DNA of 64,000 bases from an uncultured virus (IMG/VR IMGVR_UViG_3300007759_000001) (Duplodnaviria > Heunggongvirae > Uroviricota > Caudoviricetes). The first letter of the stretch is position 1. Each line of letters opens with the position of its first letter. A program made the position numbers and the translations under genes. Positions 21,308 through 31,500 of the stretch are shown here, in pieces. Location of the stretch: the IMG/VR virus record IMGVR_UViG_3300007759_000001. One strand, 5' to 3'. Under the pieces are notes generated by a model, which ran no database searches, was not told where the DNA came from, and saw only the letters and a program-made list of their open reading frames with translations.

Positions 21308-22612
21308 ATGAAAGATTGGTCCGACATCTATGAGTTCCTTCAACCGAAGGAACCACATTTTTGCCCAGAAACCCCATCACTGACTCAAAAGACCTTTTTG
21401 CGCGCTGGGCACCTTGAAGGACTCTTTGGTGGAGCCGCTGGTGGCGGAAAATCCTCTGCACTTTTAATGGCTGCTCTCCAATACGTTGACGTTCCCGACT
21501 ACTCCGCCATTCTTTTCCGACGCACATATGCCGACCTCGCACTTCCCGGCGCACTCATGGACAGATTTCTTTCGTGGGTTAAAGAGTACGACGAGATCAG
21601 GTGGAATGGCTCCACCTATGTAGCCACCTTTCCATCTGGTGCAAGAGTCACTTTCGGTTATCTAAACAATCAAAATGACTACCTTCGTTACAAGTCTTCA
21701 GAATTCCAGTTCATTGGAATGGACGAAGTAACTGAAATTCGTGAATTTGATTATCGTTACCTTTTCTCTCGGTTGCGTAAACCGAACTCTGGCGAACTCT
21801 CTAAAGTACCACTAAGAATGCGTGCAGCATCCAACCCTGCGCCTAACTGGGTAAGACAACGTTTCATCGAAGAGGGAGAAAAAAGTCCTGATCGAATCTT
21901 TGTTCCCAGTTTCCTAGACGACAACCCCGGCATCGACCCTGAGTCGTATCGGCGTGCCCTGCAAGAAATCGACCCCATCGAACGTCAACGATTGGAAAAC
22001 GGCGACTGGTGGGCGGTGTCCTCAGGAAGCCTGTTCGACCGTGAAAACTTTGTCATCATGGAGCCAAGCGACCTTCCCGATTTCGTGGACCCTGAGTGGT
22101 GCCGCTTCTGGGATCTTGCTGCCACCGAACCATCCCATGTGAACCCGGACCCCGACTGGACCGTCGGTGTCCTTGGAGCATTCGACCAAGGGGTGTTCTA
22201 CATCATCGACATCCAGAGGTGCAGGAAGAACGGAGCGGACATAGAAAAACTAATCGCACAGACTGCCCAACTGGACGGTCCTCATGTCGCCGTCCGGATG
22301 GAACAGGAGCCGGGGAGCAGCGGCAAAAACCTGATCGACCAATACGCCCGCTACGTCCTACCCGGCATCGACTTCATCGGTATTCGTTCCACGGGCGACA
22401 AAGTTACCCGTGCCAAACCTCTGTCTGCTGCGGTTGCCAACGGAAACGTCAGGCTTGTCAGAGGACCATACATTTCAGACTTCCTTGACGAAGTGGCAAC
22501 CTTCCCAGAGGCGGCATGGCACGACGATCAGGTAGATGCCACCTCTTCTTGCTTCAACGAGGTGGCCGGTCTGGGTCATCGCCAGCGTGGCCGGGTGTCA
22601 ATTATTATCTAG
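21308..22612 (+). CDS. terL: Terminase large subunit
   Basis: Walker A GGAAGGGKS, Walker B FIGMDE, ASNP, nuclease WDLA...HDDQVDA. Confidence 0.95.
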   Translation: MKDWSDIYEFLQPKEPHFCPETPSLTQKTFLRAGHLEGLFGGAAGGGKSSALLMAALQYVDVPDYSAILFRRTYADLALPGALMDRFLSWVKEYDEIRWNGSTYVATFPSGARVTFGYLNNQNDYLRYKSSEFQFIGMDEVTEIREFDYRYLFSRLRKPNSGELSKVPLRMRAASNPAPNWVRQRFIEEGEKSPDRIFVPSFLDDNPGIDPESYRRALQEIDPIERQRLENGDWWAVSSGSLFDRENFVIMEPSDLPDFVDPEWCRFWDLAATEPSHVNPDPDWTVGVLGAFDQGVFYIIDIQRCRKNGADIEKLIAQTAQLDGPHVAVRMEQEPGSSGKNLIDQYARYVLPGIDFIGIRSTGDKVTRAKPLSAAVANGNVRLVRGPYISDFLDEVATFPEAAWHDDQVDATSSCFNEVAGLGHRQRGRVSIII

Positions 22613-22616
22613 GGCT

Positions 22617-22920
22617 TGACATCTTCCAGCGACGGGGATATGTTCTGCCTTCCGGTTCCCCGGCGTCGCCTGACCAGCGTCGTTCGCCCGTTAGAGGGGC
22701 TTGGAATTTTCACGCCCAGTGGTAGGGCGCACTGACCTACACTTCATGGTGGAACTCGGCAGCAGTCAGCACCAGTACCAGAACGAAATCGGATGAAGTG
22801 CGGATGCCCGCTGACCGACCGCTTCTGTTCAAAGCGCAAGGTGCCATTTACGACAGTCCGACTGTGACCGGAGTAAATCTTGGCTCTCCGCTTGGAGGGC
22901 CAAGAACTCTCGCCCTCCTG
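22617..22920 (+). ncRNA. Candidate structured non-coding RNA with its own promoter
   Basis: TTGACA...TATGTT right after terL, ~260 nt without a credible ORF, ending in hairpin TCTTGGCTCTCC-GCTT-GGAGGGCCAAGA. Confidence 0.35.
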
Positions 22921-23069
22921 CTCCCAGAGTAACGATTCTCTTACTTGTTAAGTATTACTACTTAAAAGGTACATTAGTAAAAACGCGAAAAATCGTTCGC
23001 CCACCCGCCGGTTGCGCTTGTCTCACCACTGTGCTATCTTGTTTTCAACTACTACTAGGAGAGGAACCC

Positions 23070-23564
23070 GTGGGGATCCAAGAGGAACTTTCGGAAATGC
23101 TAAACAAGTTGGACGACTCTGTCCACTTGGAGAAGACGACTGAAGACCCGGAACGAATTTACCGTTTGATGCATTTGGGGTTCATACTGTCTGAGGCAAA
23201 AAAAATTATCGCTTCTTTGCAGGAAGAGGCCAAGACAATCCTGTTGGATTCCGATTGGGATCGAAGCCCGTTTCACGCTCAACAGTTCAACATGGAAACC
23301 AAAACTGGTGCGCCGCGCAAAAAGTGGGACCATGACAAATTGGCGGAACTGGTCGCTCAACGAATTTCTGACACCGCTATCGACATGGACACTGGAGAGA
23401 TAACCAAAACTCCCCGACAGATGATCAAGGAGTTGCTGCAATACGGAGCCGTCTCTTATTGGAGGGTGCAGGCTTTGCGTGATTTAGGAATTGATGCCGA
23501 CGAGTATTGCGATGTCGGAGAACCGAATACGAACCTTATCTATAGGAGTAATGAGAATGGCTGA
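23070..23564 (+). CDS. Hypothetical phage protein (recombination cluster)
   Basis: AGGAGAGG RBS before GTG; coupled to SSAP gene. Confidence 0.75.
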   Translation: MGIQEELSEMLNKLDDSVHLEKTTEDPERIYRLMHLGFILSEAKKIIASLQEEAKTILLDSDWDRSPFHAQQFNMETKTGAPRKKWDHDKLAELVAQRISDTAIDMDTGEITKTPRQMIKELLQYGAVSYWRVQALRDLGIDADEYCDVGEPNTNLIYRSNENG

Positions 23565-24201
23565 GAAGTCGCAAGCCGATCAACTAGCAGAACCGTTTGA
23601 CGAGACACTTATTTATCAGCGCTCTCTTGGGGGGCGCAACTTTGACTACGTCGCCGTGGCGGAATACATCGCCCGGTTGAACAAGGTGCTTGGTACGGGC
23701 GGATGGAACTACGAAGTTCTTAAGTGCCATGTCCAGCCCGAATACAAAGAGCATGTGATTTCTCATGTTCGGGTTGTCGCTTCTGTCGATGGAGTAACTG
23801 CCGTTAAGGAAGCATATGGCGGAACCAAAATCAAGATGCTCAAGGGCGGCGGGGTGATGGATCTTGGAAACGATTTCAAGATTGCAACCAGCGATGCCTT
23901 CAAGAAGGCGTGTCAAGGTCTTGGCATTGCCTTGCATCTGGCACGAAGCGAAGAAGCCTTGACGTTGGAGTTGGAAGAGTCTTATCCAATAGAGGGAGAT
24001 CATTGGCAGGTTTTTGCTGAAAATTTCCGATCTTTGGACGACGCCAAGAAAAACCTATTCCGTACATGGTTCGCTGAGAACGTTCCGGGTGAGAGTAAGC
24101 CCAACCGACACATGGATTCCGACCTGTTCGCCAAATGTCAAGTAGAGGTCATTCGACTGTCGTTGGATGCCGAATATGTAGAAGAGGAGGAAACCTACTG
24201 A
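23557..24201 (+). CDS. Rad52/Rad22-like single-strand annealing protein (Sak-like)
   Basis: DYV....YIARLNKVLG..GWNYEV...KIATSDAFKKAC..LGIALHL. Confidence 0.85.
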   Translation: MAEKSQADQLAEPFDETLIYQRSLGGRNFDYVAVAEYIARLNKVLGTGGWNYEVLKCHVQPEYKEHVISHVRVVASVDGVTAVKEAYGGTKIKMLKGGGVMDLGNDFKIATSDAFKKACQGLGIALHLARSEEALTLELEESYPIEGDHWQVFAENFRSLDDAKKNLFRTWFAENVPGESKPNRHMDSDLFAKCQVEVIRLSLDAEYVEEEETY

Positions 24202-24313
24202 TGGGCATTGATCATCAACCTGACACCTTTACGCACAAGCAGATCATGGACGAGCGGCAAAAGGAATATGAGAAATACCTGTCAGAAAAGGAGGAGAAAC
24301 GGAAGCGTGAGCA

Positions 24314-25072
24314 ATGACACAATTGCCGCTGCCCACCCACTTATCGGCCTCCAGCATTACAACCTACGAGCAATGCCCTCTTCGGTTCAGATTTTCTCGC
24401 ATAGATCGAATACCGGAACCCACCTCAGAGGCAATGATTTTGGGAACGTTCGTTCACGAAATTCTGGAAGGGTTCTATGCGCTGGATCCAGAAGATCGAA
24501 CAGTTTCGGAGGCAAGGCGGATCGCTCGGGAACTATGGGAAAATAAGTTCATAGAAGAAACCAGTACGGTTCGGATCAAGAACCTAAATGACTTCCGCTG
24601 GCAGGCATGGTGGTGTGTCGAAAACGTTTTCGGCATGGAGAACCCGCCAGATGTCAAGATCCGTGGGATAGAGGACAAGTTCTCTGCTTCCATCAACGAT
24701 GTTCCTCTCTTGGGGTTCATTGATCGTTGGACTGAGGAAGAGGACGGATCATTAACTGTTACGGACTATAAAAGCGGAAAAGTTTCTAAGCCTCAATACG
24801 AGGGTGATAAGATCTTTCAAATTGTTCTTTATGTAGAGATGCTTGAACGTTTGAATGATTTAGAAGTTAATAACGCTGAAATAATGTATGTGAAATTCAA
24901 AGAAAGAAAAAGGTATGCCCCTACACCCAAGCGACGAAAGACGGTTTTAAAACTAATTGATCAAACTTGGGAGGGAGTCATGGCCGGATGTGAAAGCGGC
25001 CATTTTTCTACGCAGACAGGCCCACTGTGCAATTGGTGCGCCTATAAAAATATTTGTCCAGCATGGAACTAA
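24314..25072 (+). CDS. PD-(D/E)XK RecB-family/Cas4-like exonuclease
   Basis: LSASSI..Y.QCP, G.IDR, VTDYKSG, Q..LY, C.WC.Y..IC Fe-S ligands. Confidence 0.9.
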   Translation: MTQLPLPTHLSASSITTYEQCPLRFRFSRIDRIPEPTSEAMILGTFVHEILEGFYALDPEDRTVSEARRIARELWENKFIEETSTVRIKNLNDFRWQAWWCVENVFGMENPPDVKIRGIEDKFSASINDVPLLGFIDRWTEEEDGSLTVTDYKSGKVSKPQYEGDKIFQIVLYVEMLERLNDLEVNNAEIMYVKFKERKRYAPTPKRRKTVLKLIDQTWEGVMAGCESGHFSTQTGPLCNWCAYKNICPAWN

Positions 25073-25084
25073 GGAATAAAACTA

Positions 25085-25579
25085 ATGGATCAACAAGAAT
25101 TCGACCGCATCGTCTCAGAAGATGTCAAAAACGTATTATCCTCTGAGAAGCAAGACTATCTTCGTCTTAACGAAAATCTAGAAAGATGGAAGAAGTCCCT
25201 TCTTAGGTTATTGGAAAACCTTGACGAACAGATTTCTGGACTGGGTCAAGACGAGGCCGTGGTTACGGAGAAACTTCCAACCTCTTTGGTTTCCTCATAT
25301 AGAATAGAAACGGACGAGAAGAAAACCAAGATTGGTAGATTTCGTTTCTATGTCACTCAGAAACTTTCTGAGGCAGAGAGAATGATCGCCTTGGGTGAAA
25401 GCGGTCAAGAAGAAGACCTACGCCTTGCCAGTTTCTATCGAAACGCCATTCTAGAACATCGCTCTGTTATGCAGCAGTACGACTTTGAGCCAACACCCAT
25501 AGATCATGCGTTGTGGAATTCCATTGACGGCGTGTGGAGTTTCGTGGACCTAGAAAAACAGTTGAGTCAGTGGAACTAA
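25085..25579 (+). CDS. Hypothetical protein
   Basis: Intact ORF with RBS in operon. Confidence 0.75.
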   Translation: MDQQEFDRIVSEDVKNVLSSEKQDYLRLNENLERWKKSLLRLLENLDEQISGLGQDEAVVTEKLPTSLVSSYRIETDEKKTKIGRFRFYVTQKLSEAERMIALGESGQEEDLRLASFYRNAILEHRSVMQQYDFEPTPIDHALWNSIDGVWSFVDLEKQLSQWN

Positions 25580-26649
25580 AAGTCGGGTTTGCTTCTGGCG
25601 ACTGGTCTGGTTCGATCAACGAACCAGACGGCTCTCCCTGTATGGGGGGATCGGGTTGGATCCGCTTCGGCCAATATACAAAATACCTGACGATGCCCCA
25701 CGTTATTGGTGTGCTTGTATTCAATAACGATTTGGGAATCTTTGGCGTAACAGATTGGAACAACAATCATCATTTTGATTGCAACGTTATTTATATGCAA
25801 CGCTGGATGGTAAAAGGCATTCCAGAAAATATTAAGATAGCACAACAAAACGGTCAAACTATTGTAAACGATTTAGATGACTGGTATTGGGGTCTTCATG
25901 AACGTCATCAGGCTAAAACAAAAATTGACCCTAAAAACAATAAAGAACAAAATACAGCCATTTATGGAAATGTTCTTGCAGCATCAGACTTGGTAATTAT
26001 TTCTACACCATTTCTATATGAACGAGCAAAAGATAAACTAAGAGTGTCGAACGTACAAATGTTAGAAAATCATGTTGATTTTAGTGCCTTCAAGCCACGA
26101 CAACATAACGACGATGGAAAAACTATTATCGGATGGCACGGCTCCACAGGACACAGAAGTGGAGATTTGGAAGAAGTTAAACAAGTTTTTCCACAATTGC
26201 CTGAAGACCGATTTTCTTTCCACCATACGGGACACTACGGAGGTCATCCCACATTTTGGGAAGAGACTGGAATAACGCAAGATCGGGTCAGTTTGTATCC
26301 CATGGTGTCACCGACCATCATCGGCAAGATGCTTCCATTTGATATAGGTATTGCTCCCCTCAATGACATACCTTTCAACCATGCTAAATCGTGGATCAAA
26401 CCACTTGAATACGCTGCGGCTGGCATTCCTTTTGTTATGTCCAAGTCTCCTGAATATATTCGGTTCAAAGAAGAATACGGGGTTGGCAGGACAGCCAAGA
26501 GATTCAGAGATTGGGTCAAACACTTTGAAGCCCTTTCTGATCCTGAAATCAGAAACGAAGAATCTGAAAAGAATCTGAAAGCATTAGAAGCCCTAGACGC
26601 GAGGTACGGCGCACTAAGATTGCAGAAGATCTTAGAAAGCGTGCGATGA
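25570..26649 (+). CDS. GT-B fold glycosyltransferase
   Basis: DLDD, IGWHGS..H..DL, DIGIAPL...FN.AKS.IK.LEYAAAGIP. Confidence 0.88.
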   Translation: MELKVGFASGDWSGSINEPDGSPCMGGSGWIRFGQYTKYLTMPHVIGVLVFNNDLGIFGVTDWNNNHHFDCNVIYMQRWMVKGIPENIKIAQQNGQTIVNDLDDWYWGLHERHQAKTKIDPKNNKEQNTAIYGNVLAASDLVIISTPFLYERAKDKLRVSNVQMLENHVDFSAFKPRQHNDDGKTIIGWHGSTGHRSGDLEEVKQVFPQLPEDRFSFHHTGHYGGHPTFWEETGITQDRVSLYPMVSPTIIGKMLPFDIGIAPLNDIPFNHAKSWIKPLEYAAAGIPFVMSKSPEYIRFKEEYGVGRTAKRFRDWVKHFEALSDPEIRNEESEKNLKALEALDARYGALRLQKILESVR

Positions 26650-27009
26650 ATGAGCAACATCTATGGCAAGGGGGCAAAGGGCAAGGCGACCAAACTGCAC
26701 GCCCTGATTGTCAGATCCCGTGGGAGATGTGAGAAGTGTGGATCTAAGCATGTTCTACAGTGCGCTCATATTATCTCTAGAAAATATTCATGGACCCGAA
26801 CGGACTTGGATAATGCGTTCTGTTTGTGCGCCTCATGCCATCGGTTCTTCACCGACAACCCCGTGGAGTTTGGGATCTTCACAATCGACAAGATCGGTGA
26901 CGACATGTTTGACGAACTTATTCTCAAACGAAACTCAATAGATAAGTTTGATTGGGAAGAAGAAGCGAAACGCTTGAATGCCATAGCGAAAGAAGAAGGA
27001 CTGCTGTGA
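26650..27009 (+). CDS. NinG/HNH-like endonuclease
   Basis: C..CG....LQCAHI.SR....TR.DLDN...LC..CH. Confidence 0.8.
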   Translation: MSNIYGKGAKGKATKLHALIVRSRGRCEKCGSKHVLQCAHIISRKYSWTRTDLDNAFCLCASCHRFFTDNPVEFGIFTIDKIGDDMFDELILKRNSIDKFDWEEEAKRLNAIAKEEGLL

Positions 27010-27341
27010 GAACATCCCCCATAGCCCTAGCCGACGTTGAAGACAACATCATCAGGCTGGTTGAAGACTTAGAGGAACACACCGAAGCCTTTGAAGTTCT
27101 TGCTGTGGATCACTCCAAAAAAGATGCTCGCTACAAGTCTTCTTGGGCTAAGGAATATCTCGCCGCAAACGGCTCCATCAAGGAGCGTGAGTCATGGGCC
27201 GATTACAAACTCTCCGATGAGAACTATGAAGTCAAGGTGGCAGATGCTCTCCTCAAAGCCAAGAAGGAGAAACTAAACTCTATTCGCACAGCGCTTGATT
27301 CTCTCAGGACGCTTGCGGCAAACGTGAGGGCGCAAACATGA
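27006..27341 (+). CDS. Hypothetical coiled-coil protein
   Basis: GTGA overlap with upstream gene; helical. Confidence 0.7.
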   Translation: MRTSPIALADVEDNIIRLVEDLEEHTEAFEVLAVDHSKKDARYKSSWAKEYLAANGSIKERESWADYKLSDENYEVKVADALLKAKKEKLNSIRTALDSLRTLAANVRAQT

Positions 27342-28084
27342 ACCATGGCGTAAGTCCAGACTTGGAAAATCTTCTTGTTCCGATAGAACAATTACAAACG
27401 CTTCCCAACAACCCACGCAAAGGAAACATTTCTTCTATTGCGGCTTCGTATAAAAAGTTCGGACAAGTCAAACCCATCGTGGCCGTGGATAACGAGGACG
27501 GCACGGGCACCGTCATTGCCGGGAATCACCAATTGGCGGCAGCCAAGCAATTGGGGTGGACCCACATGGCGGTGCTGTACGTTCCGTTCGACCACGACAA
27601 GGCCATAGCGTTTGCCTTGGCCGACAACCGAACCTCAGAGTTGGGAGAAGATAATCAGGAACTTCTCCACGACATGCTGATTTCGGTGGTGGAAGACATG
27701 CCGGATTTCTTTGAGGAACTTGGCTGGGATGATTTTGAGATTGCCACCATTTCAACCCCGGCTGCTGGAGCAGAATCTGCCGTGGAATCCAACGACGGAT
27801 GGACCGCTCCGACCCTGATCGCTCCGCCTCCAACGGAAGCAGACGAAGAGACGATGAGGTCTTTAGTGACCCAAGGCGCTACAGCCACCGGTTCTGCTGG
27901 GGCCAAAACAGTGGTTCAATACACTTTGGTATTCAACGACGCTGAACAGCAGGCGGTGTGGTATTCGTTCCTAAGATATTTGAAGGCAAACCCAGCCTAT
28001 GCAGGTTTAGCCACAACCTCAGAGCAAGTGACAGCCTTTTTAAATCGTCACATCAGTCCTGAAGGTTCGACATCAACTGAATAG
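27338..28084 (+). CDS. ParB/Srx-like N-terminal domain protein
   Basis: L...PNNPRKG...FGQVKPIV...VIAGNH.L.AAK.LGW...ADNRTSEL. Confidence 0.88.
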   Translation: MNHGVSPDLENLLVPIEQLQTLPNNPRKGNISSIAASYKKFGQVKPIVAVDNEDGTGTVIAGNHQLAAAKQLGWTHMAVLYVPFDHDKAIAFALADNRTSELGEDNQELLHDMLISVVEDMPDFFEELGWDDFEIATISTPAAGAESAVESNDGWTAPTLIAPPPTEADEETMRSLVTQGATATGSAGAKTVVQYTLVFNDAEQQAVWYSFLRYLKANPAYAGLATTSEQVTAFLNRHISPEGSTSTE

Positions 28085-28280
28085 TGCAGTTGAAAATCGT
28101 GGAGTCCTCTGACTCTTTGGTTTCTGTGATCTTCAAATCCAAGGACTCAAGAATCAGATCGACCATCTGTTCAAAATCTTCTTGAACCTCAGCCTCGTCT
28201 TCTTCACCAATTTCGACTAAATCCATACAGACCTGAATCAGATGTTCCCGAATAGTCAGAATGGAATCTGAATTACTCAC
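28053..28280 (-). CDS. Small acidic hypothetical protein
   Basis: GAGGAG RBS before GTG at 28280. Confidence 0.6.
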   Translation of the reverse strand: MSNSDSILTIREHLIQVCMDLVEIGEEDEAEVQEDFEQMVDLILESLDLKITETKESEDSTIFNCTIQLMSNLQD

Positions 28281-28364
28281 GGTACTCCTCCCCTTGCGGT
28301 GGCGTGCCCACCACGCTACACTACGGGCTTCGGGCAATCAACCATTTTGTATTAGGAGAGAACC

Positions 28365-28817
28365 GTGGCTCGTTCAGGAACAGAAGTAACCGTCAAGGGT
28401 AATAACGTCATCGACGTTGAACTCAAGTACAGCAGCAACGGCAACGGCATGTTGAAGTTGCGACTGGCGACCGAACGCTGGCGCAAGCAGGGTGATTCTT
28501 GGGAAAAGACCAACACCTCATTCTTTAACGTTCAGGTCTGGGGCGACTTGGCTGAAGCGGCAGCAGGAATCGTTCAGAAGGGCCAGCGGATCATCGTTAC
28601 TGGTTACTTAGAAGAGCGCAGTTGGGAAGATAAGAATACAGGCGAGAAGCGTTACGCTACTCAGGTCGTTGCCAACGATATTTCGATTCCCGTTGAGGAC
28701 ATCGAAAGCCTCGTTCGGGTGAAGCGCGAAAAGCGCGACGACGCCGCCCAGCCAGCAGCGGTTGCGGCCAAGCCTGCCGCTTCGCAGGATCCGTTCGATG
28801 AGGAACTAGACTTCTGA
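28365..28817 (+). CDS. ssb: Single-stranded DNA-binding protein
   Basis: OB-fold motifs (FFNVQVWG.LAE, KGQRIIVTG.L..RSWED) and acidic tail DPFDEELDF. Confidence 0.93.
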   Translation: MARSGTEVTVKGNNVIDVELKYSSNGNGMLKLRLATERWRKQGDSWEKTNTSFFNVQVWGDLAEAAAGIVQKGQRIIVTGYLEERSWEDKNTGEKRYATQVVANDISIPVEDIESLVRVKREKRDDAAQPAAVAAKPAASQDPFDEELDF

Positions 28818-28870
28818 CACACATAGTTGGTGTAAACTCTGAATATTAGCGCCTAGTTTCAGAGGTCAAC

Positions 28871-29587
28871 ATGATAGAAGTCCTTACAGAAATATTGTCC
28901 GATTCGTACAAGCGCGGACCAGAACTTCCCTTCATCAACCCCAAGTTGATCCTAGAGGCCACAGGTACACCGACCGGAGAACAAGCGCTTTGGTCCTATG
29001 GGCGAGATTCTAGATCTCATCGCCCCCACTATGTGATTGATCCAGATGAGTTGAAGATCCATAAGATCCTCAATACGGATTATGGGGTTATAGGCGATTT
29101 TCATCCCACTCAACCACAATGGTCATCTCGTTGCATTTTTGTCGCCATTGTCAAAGAGGAAAACGTGAGCCTGACAGCGGAGCAAGAAGAATCTGCTGGT
29201 CGTCTTTTAAGACTTCTGTGTGACACAGAGGCCGTCCCCGCCATCACCTACGAAGGTGGGGAAATGGGAACACAAACTTTTACTACCTTTGAAGGGATTC
29301 TACTTTGGTCCTCCATGCCGAGTGGGCGGACATCTCCGGGCAAAATCAACTGGACAAACCTGAACAAAGGTTTGCAGGACTTTAAAACTCCTAAACTGTT
29401 GGGCGTCGGCGGAGAAGACACAAGGGTCTACGAAGATGAAGAAGAGGCAGCGGTAGAAACCCCAACAGAAGATTTGGATTCACTGACCGTGGCAGAACTC
29501 AAAGAAATCGCTTCCGAAGCAGGTGTTGCATATCGGAATTTGCGAAAAGCAGAACTAATAGAGGCCATTGAAGCCGCACGCGCCTAA
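28871..29587 (+). CDS. Degenerate amidase-like domain plus C-terminal Rho-N/HeH-like nucleic-acid-binding motif
   Basis: PHYVID...; C-terminal DLDSLTVAELKEIA...LRKAELIEAI. Confidence 0.55.
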   Translation: MIEVLTEILSDSYKRGPELPFINPKLILEATGTPTGEQALWSYGRDSRSHRPHYVIDPDELKIHKILNTDYGVIGDFHPTQPQWSSRCIFVAIVKEENVSLTAEQEESAGRLLRLLCDTEAVPAITYEGGEMGTQTFTTFEGILLWSSMPSGRTSPGKINWTNLNKGLQDFKTPKLLGVGGEDTRVYEDEEEAAVETPTEDLDSLTVAELKEIASEAGVAYRNLRKAELIEAIEAARA

Positions 29588-29732
29588 CACTATTAGTTGC
29601 AGTAAGCAGTATTTGCGGTTGTGGTATGCTAAGCCCCCCTGCCGGGGGATGCTTATCGGTTGTGGCGCGGGGCCGGAGGTTGGCATGAGGACCATCCCTC
29701 CTCCCGTCCCGCGTTACAACTAGAGTAATCCT

Positions 29733-30887
29733 ATGCCGCGTAAGCGTCTATTCCTAGATATGAACGTAGTCGAAGCAGCCCGTGAACGGCTCCGACACGT
29801 TTACGATACTTTCGACACGGTTTGTGTCCAGTTCAGCGGAGGCAAAGATTCTTCTGCCGTCCTACTTCTTGCGAAAGAAATCCATGAAGAACGAGGACTT
29901 GGACCCGTCAAGACCATCTTCCGTGATGAAGAAATGGTCAGTCCTGCCGTTATCCGTTACATGGAATGGGTCAAAGATCTTCCGTGGGTTGACATGGAGT
30001 GGTACTGCCTGCCGATGGGGCAGGAAATTTGGGTGCTTGGTCGCAGAGAGTACGTTCTGCTCTGGTCAAAACAGCGACAAGAAGAAGGACGCTTGGTTCG
30101 GGAGATACCCCCGTGGGCTATCACCGCCCAAGATTTCGGACTAGATAATAGCGTGGTGGTTCCGCAGCCTGTTGATTATTACACGATGCAAGGGAAGGAA
30201 GGTCGAACCGCCTTCCTCACGGGTATTCGGGCAAACGAATCCATGATTCGATATCGGTCCGTTGTCCAAAAACTCCATGAGAACTACATCAATCGTCCAT
30301 ACCGGCTGAGCAAGGCCATTCCGTTGCGACTCATCAAACCTATTTACGATTGGATTACAGACGATGTTCTCAAGTATGTATCCGTGGACAACAACTTCCC
30401 CTATTGCGAGTATTACGACTACGCAGCAATGTCGGGAGCAAACACACGGGTGGGAATTCCGTTACACTCTGTTGCTGCTCGCAGGCTCAATGATGTAGTT
30501 ACAACGGAGCCAGAGTTTTATGACGCTCTAGTGACGGCATTTCCACACATAGATGCCCAGCGTCGGCTGTGGAAGGATTTCAATATCGAATCCCTGATTG
30601 CTTCTTACGCTCAGGAAAGTTGGGACGGCGTTCGTCGTTGCATCAACGAGAACATGCTTTCACCGGGAAAACACCAAGACGCTATGAAATTCGTAGCAGA
30701 ATTTCGCAAAAAGCGTAATAACGATCCCTATGGCTATCCGATTGATCACTTGATTCGGATACTGCTGCTAAATGAATTTCGCCATACAGCCCCATCACCG
30801 GTCGGTCCGAAAACGAAAGCCCACAGGATGCGCGTCGCTGCCTTACAGGAAGCCGACGACTTAGATAAGGTAGATGATCTTTTATGA
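29733..30887 (+). CDS. PAPS-reductase-family (PP-loop) protein, IbrA-like
   Basis: AARERL, VQFSGGKDS, GIRANES..RY, PIYDW...DV. Confidence 0.88.
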   Translation: MPRKRLFLDMNVVEAARERLRHVYDTFDTVCVQFSGGKDSSAVLLLAKEIHEERGLGPVKTIFRDEEMVSPAVIRYMEWVKDLPWVDMEWYCLPMGQEIWVLGRREYVLLWSKQRQEEGRLVREIPPWAITAQDFGLDNSVVVPQPVDYYTMQGKEGRTAFLTGIRANESMIRYRSVVQKLHENYINRPYRLSKAIPLRLIKPIYDWITDDVLKYVSVDNNFPYCEYYDYAAMSGANTRVGIPLHSVAARRLNDVVTTEPEFYDALVTAFPHIDAQRRLWKDFNIESLIASYAQESWDGVRRCINENMLSPGKHQDAMKFVAEFRKKRNNDPYGYPIDHLIRILLLNEFRHTAPSPVGPKTKAHRMRVAALQEADDLDKVDDLL

Positions 30888-31396
30888 ACTTGGAACTTCT
30901 CAAAACGGAAAACCTCAAGGTTCCCGACTGGAGAACCACTCATATTCTAAAACCCAACCTGATTGGGCTGATGAAGTCTATAGAAGAATACGGAATGATC
31001 AATCCAATTCTCACTATGACAGATGGCACCATCATCGACGGTTTCGCCCGCTGGGTCGCCGCACAGTCGCTGGGTCTTAAAAAGATTCCCGTTCAAAGGC
31101 GCGATTGTGGAAAGACAGAAGCAATGATGCTTCACATCCAACTCAACAGGGCCAGAGGAGAGATTGTCCCACATCGTCTCAGTAAAACGATTCGTCTATT
31201 GAGCGTAGCCATGGACGAACAGGTCATCTTGAATTCATTCAATATGAAAATAGATGAACTGGATGTGCTGCTGGATGGATCCCTCGTCAAGAAGAGGAAA
31301 GTTTCAGAGCATTCTTACAGCAAGGCGTGGATCCCTATCGAATCCACGGCCAGTGAAGATTTCAGTATAGAGCGACCGCCTACGCCAGACGCATAA
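30884..31396 (+). CDS. ParB-like protein, IbrB-like
   Basis: SIEEYG.INPI...IIDGFAR...LNRARG; ATGA-coupled to the IbrA-like gene. Confidence 0.85.
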   Translation: MNLELLKTENLKVPDWRTTHILKPNLIGLMKSIEEYGMINPILTMTDGTIIDGFARWVAAQSLGLKKIPVQRRDCGKTEAMMLHIQLNRARGEIVPHRLSKTIRLLSVAMDEQVILNSFNMKIDELDVLLDGSLVKKRKVSEHSYSKAWIPIESTASEDFSIERPPTPDA

Positions 31397-31431
31397 AAAG
31401 GGGCGGGCCGGAAGTCCGACCCGCCCCTTTC
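31397..31431. terminator. Bidirectional intrinsic terminator
   Basis: AAAAGGGGCGGG-CCGGAAGTCCGA-CCCGCCCCTTT between convergent genes. Confidence 0.7.
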
Positions 31432-31500
31432 GGTGTAGCGGTCGCACCTCCTAACCTAAGTCGGAGATTCCCTGCCGGGGAACCTGAACCATTGTGACTT

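Noticed and set aside
24314..25072. Cas4 as adaptation module for the arrays
   Set aside because: Lies 17 kb away beside a Rad52-like SSAP, the usual phage exonuclease-recombinase context
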